IMG/VR virus record: IMGVR_UViG_3300023257_000017
DNA length: 20,000 bases
Strand: one strand, 5' to 3'
Source of the DNA: an uncultured virus (IMG/VR IMGVR_UViG_3300023257_000017)
Lineage: Duplodnaviria > Heunggongvirae > Uroviricota > Caudoviricetes
The position numbers and the translations under genes were made by a program. Below, in pieces: positions 8,967-17,059 of the stretch (position 1 is the first letter of the stretch; each line of letters starts with the position of its first letter). The notes under the pieces are model-generated. The model saw nothing but the letters and a program-made list of their open reading frames with translations, was not told the DNA's origin and ran no database searches.

Positions 8967-9509
8967 TTATATTGATTGAAATTCTAAATCTATTTGTCTG
9001 TTTGCTGCTTTCAAAGTACGGTCAAAACCTTTCTCCATATATCTTACTGCTTGACTTTTTGCCATACTTGTTCCAGGCTTTCCTACAATGAAACTTTGTT
9101 TATTACCGAATCCATGACTCTTCATCCATTGTTTTACTCTTGATCTATTTTGTAATGACGGGTTTGCTAACGAAACCTCGTGTTCTTTAACACCAATTTC
9201 AAACATTGCACTTATTTGACCGTCAGCAAATATCTTTCTAATCTTGCCGCCTTCTTTCTTATATTTCAAATAAAAGAGCAAAGTTTCCTTAGCTTTTGGA
9301 CTTAGTAACTTAGCGCCATTAATATAATTACGAGTAAATTCCATATTCTTGTTCACTAACCTTTTAGATAAATTCTCTGATCTTGCTATTATTGACAACC
9401 TTATATCATTATATTTTTTAGGAGCATTAGCTAACTTAACATAGATTACTTCTCTACCACCAAATGCTGATGGTAATTTTCTTACTTGTTCTAGTTGTGT
9501 TGTTGCCAT
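8967..9509 (-). CDS. Neck/tail-completion protein, HK97 gp10-like (180 aa)
   Basis: Basic; SAMFEIGV (cf. A.xxE.GT) and AVRYMEKGFD (cf. P.PFM.PA) motifs; lies in the head-tail joining region. Confidence 0.6.
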   Translation of the reverse strand: MATTQLEQVRKLPSAFGGREVIYVKLANAPKKYNDIRLSIIARSENLSKRLVNKNMEFTRNYINGAKLLSPKAKETLLFYLKYKKEGGKIRKIFADGQISAMFEIGVKEHEVSLANPSLQNRSRVKQWMKSHGFGNKQSFIVGKPGTSMAKSQAVRYMEKGFDRTLKAANRQIDLEFQSI

Positions 9510-10028
9510 TTAAATCCTCGAATATGAATCTAATTTTATGCTTAGGACTCCAGAATATTTCAATGCATCTGGCGACGTAATTATATTAGAGACTCCACCA
9601 ATAACTAATTCATTAAATTCTTCAAAACTGCCTGAATATTGTTTTATCTTATTGCCTAAATATTGTAAATACTTTCTGCATTGATGAGAACCTTTATATT
9701 TAGTTCCATCATAAGTCCAGACTGCACTACGCTCACACGTATACATTATTTTAATATTATAAGTATGTCTTTCTCTGTATTGTGACTTACCACCACCTAT
9801 TCTCTCTCTAACTAAAGGATCAAGTGGAGCTATAGTAACTTTTGGAAATCGTGCAATAGATAAAGTATCATCATCAAGTCCTGCTAAATATGATCTTGTT
9901 TTACTAGTAGCAGTTTCCCATGGATCCTCAATAGGACTACCAGAAACACCACTATAAGAATTATTTATGAAGTCACGAATTATAACTAAAGAATCATACA
10001 CGTCTACATATTCAAGATTATCTGCCAT
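9510..10028 (-). CDS. Head-tail joining protein, tail-terminator-like
   Basis: Position; RFPKVTI motif and alpha/beta pattern resemble tail terminators. Start moved to ATG 10028 (MADNLE), preceded by SD GAGG. Confidence 0.55.
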   Translation of the reverse strand: MADNLEYVDVYDSLVIIRDFINNSYSGVSGSPIEDPWETATSKTRSYLAGLDDDTLSIARFPKVTIAPLDPLVRERIGGGKSQYRERHTYNIKIMYTCERSAVWTYDGTKYKGSHQCRKYLQYLGNKIKQYSGSFEEFNELVIGGVSNIITSPDALKYSGVLSIKLDSYSRI

Positions 10029-10120
10029 CGTTTCCTCATATACCAACTTTCTATAGGTTTCAACCAATTACTTGTTGGAAAATTGTCGTCTGCAAAACAT
10101 ATATATTTTACAGGGATCAT

Positions 10121-10186
10121 TTTTATGTAATGTTATTTAGAATTTAGTTTAGTATAGTATTATTATAGGCACAACTTATATATAAA
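10121..10186 (-). promoter_or_regulatory. Putative archaeal-type promoter for the neck/tail genes
   Basis: TTTATATA (10186-10179), TAATACTA (10162-10155), ATTACATAAAA (10131-10121); elements shared with the portal and protease upstream regions. Confidence 0.45.
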
Positions 10187-10187
10187 T

Positions 10188-10829
10188 TTATCTGAAACGT
10201 AACTGTTTTATGTATGTTCTATCGTAAGTTCTTGGCTCATAATCTTTATTCTCCATAGAACCTTCACATTCAAAAGGACGCATATCTCTCTCTAACATAG
10301 TAATTTTTTTAGCAAGCCTAGCAACTCGTGGATTATCAGTAGTGCCTTCTCCAGCGTTCATCATTGCTGCATCACCATCTAAAAGATCTAAAGCTGCTTT
10401 GTTTTTAGCTAATAAATTCCACTCAACAGGAATATAATCAACATAACAATAGCGTCCAGCCCAATCTGAAGATTGAGTAGATGTAAATGTTAGTTTGTTT
10501 ACATTCAAATCAACAGCATAATCAGTACTCGCTTTATAACTCATTCCTGAATCTGCATCATCAATATCATGAATAACTAACTGCTTAATAAAATATGTCT
10601 CCATATTGTCAGGACGAAATTCATACTCTGTCTGGTCAGACTCAATATAAAATTGCGACTTCTCTGAATTACCATACTTTCTATATATTGCTTTACTTGC
10701 ATCAGAAATTGCTTGAGTAACATCAGAACTAGAATAATCTAAACTAGTAGTGTCAGATTTACCATAAGCCATTTGTAATACTTCTGCTTCAGTACATAAT
10801 GCAGTTGTTGATAAATGTTGGTCCGTCAT
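10188..10829 (-). CDS. Head-tail adaptor (SPP1 gp15/HK97 gp6-like) (213 aa)
   Basis: N-terminal LCTEAEV...DVTQAISDASKAIYRKYG adaptor pattern; second gene after the MCP. Confidence 0.65.
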   Translation of the reverse strand: MTDQHLSTTALCTEAEVLQMAYGKSDTTSLDYSSSDVTQAISDASKAIYRKYGNSEKSQFYIESDQTEYEFRPDNMETYFIKQLVIHDIDDADSGMSYKASTDYAVDLNVNKLTFTSTQSSDWAGRYCYVDYIPVEWNLLAKNKAALDLLDGDAAMMNAGEGTTDNPRVARLAKKITMLERDMRPFECEGSMENKDYEPRTYDRTYIKQLRFR

Positions 10830-10836
10830 TTTATAA

Positions 10837-11253
10837 TTAACTCATCAACTCAACTAATTTATCGACTCTTTGTCTCTCGTAATGTAACGCTTTAATTTCT
10901 TTATTTGTAAGACCGAAATTTAATAACTTTTCTATCTGTACATCTTTATTAAGATCCTTCATCTCTTTCTTTAGTGCTTTTATGCTTTTCTTCTTTGGTG
11001 CTAATACTTTTGGTGCAATAATAACTTCTTTTTCTTCTGAACCTTTAACTTCTTTTTTCTTGTTTTTACTCTTATCATCAAAGTCAATTATTATTCTTGG
11101 ATCATTTATGAAATCAACTGCAATATCGTCTGCAATCTCTGTCTCTTTATGACTATATTTAATTGAAAATTTATTTTTATTACTATCTATTAATATGAAT
11201 CCCCAACCTGATACTTCTCTTTCGAATTCTGGATTATGTTTTATCATTGCCAT
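10837..11253 (-). CDS. Hypothetical protein after the MCP, with a small C-terminal helical (HeH/Rho-N-like) domain (138 aa)
   Basis: SD GAGG; Lys-rich linker followed by LNKDVQIEKLLNFGL...ERQRVDKLVELM; small genes of this architecture often follow capsid genes. Confidence 0.55.
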   Translation of the reverse strand: MAMIKHNPEFEREVSGWGFILIDSNKNKFSIKYSHKETEIADDIAVDFINDPRIIIDFDDKSKNKKKEVKGSEEKEVIIAPKVLAPKKKSIKALKKEMKDLNKDVQIEKLLNFGLTNKEIKALHYERQRVDKLVELMS

Positions 11254-11294
11254 TTATTATCCCTCTTTTAGATTATATTGTTTTATATTATTTG

Positions 11295-11359
11295 AAAATA
11301 AAAAAAAATACCGTAACACATATAATAACCATTAAGCATAGTTATATACAAATGTTACG
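11295..11359 (-). terminator. Stem-loop plus oligo-T terminator after the MCP
   Basis: Inverted repeat CGTAACA (11312-11318) / TGTTACG (11353-11359), extended inward by TATAA/TTATA; followed on the minus strand by T9-A-T4. Confidence 0.65.
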
Positions 11360-11373
11360 ATTTATTTGCTTAT

Positions 11374-12441
11374 TTAATCGTCGCTACTTGCGATACATTT
11401 TATCGCATTTTTAAATAATATAGCTTGGGCAAAATTTATGTCAATAGTATATTCTATACCATGAGTTTTTGGATCTTCAAAAGATCTAACTTTGTTTCGC
11501 TTATTATTCTCTCCTCTACCAACGAATAAACCTTTCTTACCAACATAGCAGTAATGTCCATTGCTTGAAGCAAAGTAACTAGTTGTAATTTGTGGCATAT
11601 TTACTGCTTCGATTACTTCCATACCTGCATATGATAATAGATTTCCGTCACCATCGAACTTAGCTTTCTTATATTGACCGCTTGTTGATTGACCAGGAGC
11701 CAAAACTGCACTGTCTTCTAAGTCTACTAACTGTTCTGTTGCAATTAAGATTGCGTTAGGGATAATTTTTCTAGTAGCACTAGCTGCATTATCTTGTGTC
11801 TTTAAATCTTTCTTAGCTGCGTCTAAATCATCAAATGTTAAAATGTTAGCACTTGTGATGTATCCTGAAGCTGCAGTATATCCACCAGCGAATTTTAAAC
11901 TAACTGATGCTGTATAACTTCCTTCTGTAGCTAATACACTATATGCGTCTGATTCTTTAGCATAAGCAATTTCTTCTTGAACTTGCGCCATTAATTCAGC
12001 CATATCATAAGGGTTAACTAATCTCTCATTCTCATGAATGAATAGAGTTGTTGACTTAGTTAGTGGACTTACTTGTACATAACTAGGTGCGTTTACACTT
12101 TGATAACTACCACTTCCTGCTGCTAAAGTGGATTTTTCTGATCCTCTTGTATCAACAGTTGTCCAAGTAAAGTTTTGTTGTGAAGCTACTGAGAATGTTG
12201 CTTTATCTGTATTGTCTGCAACTTCTTTAACTCTAACAATTCCTTTTTCTTCTAGATTTAAAATTGGCTTAACCAATCTAACCATCTTATCAAACTGTTG
12301 TGTTACAGTTGTGCTGTTTGCATCTAGTAATCCTGCATCAACTTCATTTGCAAACTTTGATAAATGCTCTGTTTGAGCGTCAGCTACAAACTTAGAAATC
12401 ATGTCTGCGCCTTCTTTTGAAATTCTAAAAAACTCTTCCAT
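11374..12441 (-). CDS. Major capsid protein (HK97 fold)
   Basis: About 355 aa directly after the scaffold gene; HK97-like features (QVQEEIAYAKESDAYSVL, LTFDDLDAAKKDL, LLSYAGMEVIEAVNMP, C-terminal AILFKNAIKCI). Start likely ATG 12441, because the annotated GTG at 12450 is part of the SD AGGTGA. Confidence 0.85.
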   Translation of the reverse strand: MEEFFRISKEGADMISKFVADAQTEHLSKFANEVDAGLLDANSTTVTQQFDKMVRLVKPILNLEEKGIVRVKEVADNTDKATFSVASQQNFTWTTVDTRGSEKSTLAAGSGSYQSVNAPSYVQVSPLTKSTTLFIHENERLVNPYDMAELMAQVQEEIAYAKESDAYSVLATEGSYTASVSLKFAGGYTAASGYITSANILTFDDLDAAKKDLKTQDNAASATRKIIPNAILIATEQLVDLEDSAVLAPGQSTSGQYKKAKFDGDGNLLSYAGMEVIEAVNMPQITTSYFASSNGHYCYVGKKGLFVGRGENNKRNKVRSFEDPKTHGIEYTIDINFAQAILFKNAIKCIASSDD

Positions 12442-12464
12442 CTTTTTCACCTTTTTTTATAAAG

Positions 12465-13991
12465 TTAAACTCTTACGTTTAATCTTTGTTTAATCATTCT
12501 TTGCACATCGCTATCAGCCATTTTTGACATTAATTTATCTTCATCATCTTCGGGTTTCAAGTCTTGTGTTGGTTTTGTAATTGGGTCAGCTTCCTCACCC
12601 ATCTTAGATACGTTAAATTCACCATATGCTGCCTTCATAGCGTTTAATGCAGCGTCACTCATTTTAGAGAGTTCTTCGTTCTTAGATTCAACTTTGTCTT
12701 CAGCAATTTCTTTAAATTTAGATATCTCAACAAATGTTTCCTTAACTAAATCTTCGTGTGCTGTTGATTTGAATTTTGATATTTCTTCTTTCAAAGCAAT
12801 ATTTTCTTTGATCAATGAATCACTTTTATCCATTTCTAATTTTAGTGAAGCGTTTATTGTTTTCATATTAGCTACTGCTTCTTTTACAATCTCTTTATAC
12901 GCTTTTACTTCATCTTCTTCTTTTTTAGGATCTTCTTTTGGATCCTCTTTTGGATCTTCCTTTGGATCTTCTTTAGGGTCAGCCTTAGGATCTTCCTTTG
13001 GGTCTTCCTTTGGATCTTCTTTAGGATCTTCTTTAGGATCTGGTTTTGGGTCTTCCTTTGGATCCTCTTTTGGGTCTTCCTTTGGATCTTCAGATTTCTC
13101 AATAGCCATAACACCTTCAATCTTTGTTACGTACGCTTTGAAATCTTCAATAGTAACATCCTTCTCTTCCTTCTTCATATCTTCTAAAATATTTTTTAAT
13201 AATTCGATACCATTATCAGCAAATTTACTTATTTTATTTTTCATTTTCAAATCTTCCTCCTCTTCATCATCTTTCTTCTTTTTATTTTTATCCTTAACAT
13301 CAGTAATCATTTTTTTGACTTTAGTCTTTGCTTCTGTGATGCTTTTATTTTTATCTGCACCATTGCTTTCATTATGAGTCATTATGTTATCGACAAACCC
13401 TTCTGTCTTCATCTCTTTCCCGAATAACCACGTTTCATTATCCATCATTTTCAAGATTTCTTTTTTAGACTTTCCAGTTTTATTAGCATAAGCTACTGCC
13501 ATATTTTCATTCATGCTTTTTAGCTTATTAGCCTCATTCTCCATATCTTCAGAATCACCCATAGCCATATTAGATACATTATGTATCATGTAGATTGCAT
13601 TATCTTCAGCTACTACTTTGTCTGTTGCTAAAGCTATATATGAAGCCATACTTGCAGCAAGCCCAATTATCTTTGAAGTTGTTTTTCCATCATAATTTCT
13701 AATTATATTAAAGATTTCAATCCCTTCTATAACAGAACCACCAGGAGATGCAATTTCAAAAACAACTTCTTTACCGTCAGCTTGTTCTAGTTGTTCTCTA
13801 ATAGATTCAGCAGTTACTTCATAACCAACTACACCTTTAATTAATATTGTAGCAATACCATCTTTTATTTTTACTTCTGGTTTTTCTGGTGGTAATTCTG
13901 GCATAAGCTCCATTTCATTCTTATCAAACTTAGAAACTTTATCATTCATTGATTTTTTGATCATTTCGAACACTTTATTTTTTGCTGACAT
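12465..13991 (-). CDS. ClpP-type head maturation protease fused to a coiled-coil scaffold (508 aa)
   Basis: ClpP motifs IASPGGSV, GLAASMAS (Ser), YMIHN (His), MDNETWL..E....GFVD in about aa 46-203, then an acidic/Lys coiled-coil scaffold; SD GAGGT. Confidence 0.9.
   Translation of the reverse strand: MSAKNKVFEMIKKSMNDKVSKFDKNEMELMPELPPEKPEVKIKDGIATILIKGVVGYEVTAESIREQLEQADGKEVVFEIASPGGSVIEGIEIFNIIRNYDGKTTSKIIGLAASMASYIALATDKVVAEDNAIYMIHNVSNMAMGDSEDMENEANKLKSMNENMAVAYANKTGKSKKEILKMMDNETWLFGKEMKTEGFVDNIMTHNESNGADKNKSITEAKTKVKKMITDVKDKNKKKKDDEEEEDLKMKNKISKFADNGIELLKNILEDMKKEEKDVTIEDFKAYVTKIEGVMAIEKSEDPKEDPKEDPKEDPKPDPKEDPKEDPKEDPKEDPKADPKEDPKEDPKEDPKEDPKKEEDEVKAYKEIVKEAVANMKTINASLKLEMDKSDSLIKENIALKEEISKFKSTAHEDLVKETFVEISKFKEIAEDKVESKNEELSKMSDAALNAMKAAYGEFNVSKMGEEADPITKPTQDLKPEDDEDKLMSKMADSDVQRMIKQRLNVRV
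12924..13091 (-). repeat. Coding tandem repeat, 14 x 12 bp: (EDPK)4-PDPK-(EDPK)4-ADPK-(EDPK)4
   Basis: Directly visible; synonymous variation between units. Confidence 0.95.
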
Positions 13992-14012
13992 CTTTTATTT
14001 ACCTCTTTTAGA

Positions 14013-14654
14013 TTATATTTCTGACTTAATAACTATTTTATTACCTTTGATATGACCTGACTTTACTAGCGATATTAGTTTGGGTCTTATATTAGTTGAA
14101 ATTATTTCACCATTGTCTGAATATTTAGGAGTAGAAAAATACTCTACAGATATTTCTATAGGTTTGTTTTTTAGTTTCTTTAAATACATTTGATAAGCTA
14201 TATTTCTATTAGTTATTCTTGCAGATACTACAGCCCAATTTGCACCAAATTTATCTTGGTCTATCCTTCCACCTTCAGTAAAACCACATTCGTCTGATAT
14301 ATCATAAGTAGTTAATTCATCTGATTTGTCATGGAATGGTATTATATCTTGACCAGATGATCTTTCACTTGCTCCAATAAGTTCAGCCAGTGTGACTATT
14401 CCATCACGATTTTTTCCTTCTTTTAAAAACCATAAATCAACATACATAGGTATTGGCATATCTAGGTCTGATTTTATATTATGTGGAAGTTCTGAAAATT
14501 TAGAAATGTTAGGAAATTTTACTATTGCAGTGAATTTAGATATAACTTCACCTTTTTTTATAATATTTTTAGCAGAATTTATATGTTTGAATTTAGAAAC
14601 GAGTTCTAATTCGAATAGTTTATTATCAATTAGTTCAATTCTTTTATCAAACAC
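14013..14654 (-). CDS. HK97/assemblin-fold prohead protease-like protein (213 aa)
   Basis: KNRDG...ELIGA, IIPFHD (His), CGF, EISVEY (Ser) and NIRPKLISLVKSG match the motif order of S78/DUF2213-like prohead proteases; GTG start with SD GAGG; lies between portal and scaffold. Confidence 0.65.
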   Translation of the reverse strand: MFDKRIELIDNKLFELELVSKFKHINSAKNIIKKGEVISKFTAIVKFPNISKFSELPHNIKSDLDMPIPMYVDLWFLKEGKNRDGIVTLAELIGASERSSGQDIIPFHDKSDELTTYDISDECGFTEGGRIDQDKFGANWAVVSARITNRNIAYQMYLKKLKNKPIEISVEYFSTPKYSDNGEIISTNIRPKLISLVKSGHIKGNKIVIKSEI

Positions 14655-14658
14655 AGGT

Positions 14659-14740
14659 CCTCTTTTGTGTAATGTAGATTTAGTATTATTTAATGTATGA
14701 CTAATGTTATAGCTATGGTAATATTTAAATGTTTCTATGG
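14659..14740 (-). promoter_or_regulatory. Putative archaeal-type promoter and leader of the protease-scaffold-MCP operon
   Basis: Purine-rich AGAAAC then ATTTAAATA (14730-14722), TAATACTA (14688-14681), ATTACACAAAAGAGG (14673-14659). Confidence 0.55.
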
Positions 14741-14747
14741 AATGTGC

Positions 14748-15035
14748 TTATTCTTCGTCCAATTTATCATAAACCTTGTGATTTGCCATTAACTTAATTA
14801 ACGCAGAATGTAGTGCTTTTATGTCATTTCTATCTAGTATTGCACGTTTATTAAAAAAATCCATGTGTAATTTTGCATGTATAAATGTTTGCTCATCTGG
14901 AGAAAGGGTTGTTACATCTAACACGTTTGACATTAATTGCTCTAATATTGAATTTGTCCTATTAGAAAGGTGTTTTATATCCAGGACTTCTATCTGCTTC
15001 TCTATTTTATTAAGATACTCATCAAAATCTGTCAT
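14748..15035 (-). CDS. Hypothetical His-patterned helical protein (95 aa)
   Basis: Abuts the upstream gene; HAKLH...LHSAL...ANH pattern. Confidence 0.65.
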   Translation of the reverse strand: MTDFDEYLNKIEKQIEVLDIKHLSNRTNSILEQLMSNVLDVTTLSPDEQTFIHAKLHMDFFNKRAILDRNDIKALHSALIKLMANHKVYDKLDEE

Positions 15036-15431
15036 TTATTTGTCGCCTGTCGAGATTCCAAGTAATGCTAATTGAGAGTTTAAATCCTGTTCATCATTGC
15101 CTGAAGAAATGGCATTCTTTATCGTATTAAGCCTATTATCTGATTCTTTTTTGTTCTCTTCAATATTCTTTTTGACTGAATTAATATTGTCCCTAACTGT
15201 CTTTATCTTTTTAGTATGGTTAGATTGAATGTCTAACATCTTATTCTTAATGTCTTCCTGTAAAACGCCAATATCTTTTTTACTGCTTAGTTTTAGTAGT
15301 GCTTCATTTATCTTCTTAATATGTTTCTTGTTGATTGCATCATGCTTATTTATTAATTCGTTAATCTTGTATATTCTTTCGTTAAAGTCCAAAATTGTGG
15401 AGTTAATATCTATCTCACTTTTAACTGGCAT
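15036..15431 (-). CDS. Hypothetical coiled-coil protein (131 aa)
   Basis: Starts 1 nt after the portal stop; Ile/Lys/Asn heptad pattern. Confidence 0.65.
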   Translation of the reverse strand: MPVKSEIDINSTILDFNERIYKINELINKHDAINKKHIKKINEALLKLSSKKDIGVLQEDIKNKMLDIQSNHTKKIKTVRDNINSVKKNIEENKKESDNRLNTIKNAISSGNDEQDLNSQLALLGISTGDK

Positions 15432-15432
15432 T

Positions 15433-16941
15433 TTAAAGCCCCTGACTTACCTTTGTAACTGTCTTTGGATTTGCAGTATCATTGATTTTCTTATCGCTCT
15501 TCTCAACTTCCTTTATCTTTATATCTTTTATATTTGTTACTTCTTCGTTCTTTGCATTCAATGATGGAAAACATTTCAAAACTAATGCCGAAGCACTCTC
15601 AACAAAACCATTAGCCATTAATAGATTAATAACGAACGCATTATTTCTGTCTGTCAAAGATTGCTTTAATTCTCTATTTGCCCTATCATCTTTATCTTCC
15701 TCTACTTCAAAGAACGAGAATTTTGGGAATGGGAATGTTTTTAATTTATCGCCACTCAGATTATAATTAACAATGCACGATTTAATAAAACCTTCATTTA
15801 TTGCAGATTCAATCTCTAACTCATCAGCAAAATAATCAGCTCGAACATCTTTCATAATAGAATCTAGTGTGGATTTTGTAATACCCTCACCAGTTCCCTC
15901 TAATTGTAATAATGTTATACCTAACCGCATTGCAATTAGCTTCATTAACATAACATGTACTTTGTCGAACTCAGTACTGCCAGGCTTGATATTATCTAAT
16001 TCAACACCCTCTGGTAAAACTGTAACACTGCTTTTTGAAATCTCAGATAACGATTGACCGAACTTTTTCATCTTCTCTTTAGTTCTAAATTGAGTCTTAG
16101 CAATATATTTATTAACACCAAAAGCTACCATGCTATCAGTACTTGCACCTTCAAGTCTAATCAAATCTTTCATAATACGCCATAATGTATGAACTATAGG
16201 AATACCGAATGGATCATCACCAATCCTATCAAAATTTAACTGAACAACTTTTGATGCAGGAATAGGAACGCCAGTAGGTTTCAAGACTGTTTTAGAAACT
16301 GTTATCACATTCTTGCCCTCATCTTTTACTAGCTGAGTGAAAGTTTTTGGCTTTTTTGTCTTTGGATCAATATCATACTTTACAACCATTCCTGACTTCA
16401 AAGCAAGTAACGGATAAAAGCCTTCACTGGAATTCTTGTTTGTAACGAAATTTGGTGAGAAGAAAATTGGATTCTGTAATTCCCATCTTAATATTTTATT
16501 TTTTGCTTTATTAGGTATAAGAACAAAATAATTATCACCAAAACGCATAGCGTCCTTACCAAACTGTTTAACCCAAGTTAATGGTTGATTATTTGAGTTC
16601 TTTAAAATGTCCGCCATTTCGTCAGCAACTATCTTCGCAAACGGAGTGTCATTGGCAGCATACACATTCTCTCTTATATTCTTTTTGTCTAACTGTTTAA
16701 TCATACGGTTGAACTTGAACTCAATACCCCTCTCGATTGCAGGATGGCTTAATAGTAAACCAGGTATGTCCATGATACAAACTTTATTAATGCCTATAGC
16801 CTTTAATCCGCCTATCGAAAAAGCAGTAGGTTCTGTAACAATACTTACATCCTTCATGTCAAGGATCATCTTAGACACTACATCAATATCTAGTTCTTTC
16901 GGTATAGAAACATCATTATTAGCTAGTTGGTTATCTTGCAT
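15433..16941 (-). CDS. Portal protein (502 aa)
   Basis: Follows TerL; motifs DAMRFGDNYF, GDDPFGIPIV (cf. YG.SP), VLPEGVEL, IAMRLGI typical of HK97/lambda-type portals. Confidence 0.85.
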   Translation of the reverse strand: MQDNQLANNDVSIPKELDIDVVSKMILDMKDVSIVTEPTAFSIGGLKAIGINKVCIMDIPGLLLSHPAIERGIEFKFNRMIKQLDKKNIRENVYAANDTPFAKIVADEMADILKNSNNQPLTWVKQFGKDAMRFGDNYFVLIPNKAKNKILRWELQNPIFFSPNFVTNKNSSEGFYPLLALKSGMVVKYDIDPKTKKPKTFTQLVKDEGKNVITVSKTVLKPTGVPIPASKVVQLNFDRIGDDPFGIPIVHTLWRIMKDLIRLEGASTDSMVAFGVNKYIAKTQFRTKEKMKKFGQSLSEISKSSVTVLPEGVELDNIKPGSTEFDKVHVMLMKLIAMRLGITLLQLEGTGEGITKSTLDSIMKDVRADYFADELEIESAINEGFIKSCIVNYNLSGDKLKTFPFPKFSFFEVEEDKDDRANRELKQSLTDRNNAFVINLLMANGFVESASALVLKCFPSLNAKNEEVTNIKDIKIKEVEKSDKKINDTANPKTVTKVSQGL

Positions 16942-16945
16942 ATTC

Positions 16946-17006
16946 CCTCTTTTGTGTAATTTAATTTATGATAAGATAGTATTAGAATGTTTAACTATTT
17001 AAATGT
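16946..17006 (-). promoter_or_regulatory. Putative archaeal-type promoter and leader of the portal gene
   Basis: ACATTTAAATA (17006-16996), TAATACTA (16984-16977), ATTACACAAAAGAGG (16960-16946); all three blocks identical to those upstream of the protease. Confidence 0.55.
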
Positions 17007-17035
17007 ATGTTTTTGTAATAATATCTATCGACGAC

Positions 17036-17048
17036 AAAATAAAAAAAA
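17036..17048 (-). terminator. Oligo-T terminator after terL (no obvious hairpin)
   Basis: T8-A-T4 on the minus strand, 11 nt after the stop codon. Confidence 0.45.
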
Positions 17049-17059
17049 GTATATGGCAA

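Noticed and set aside
12924..13091. Repeat considered as a CRISPR array or origin iterons
   Set aside because: Contiguous 12-bp units without spacers, in frame within a CDS, varying mainly at third codon positions.
12905..13120. 71-aa minus-strand alternative-frame ORF (KIQRK repeats)
   Set aside because: By-product of the 12-bp repeat being stop-free in another frame.
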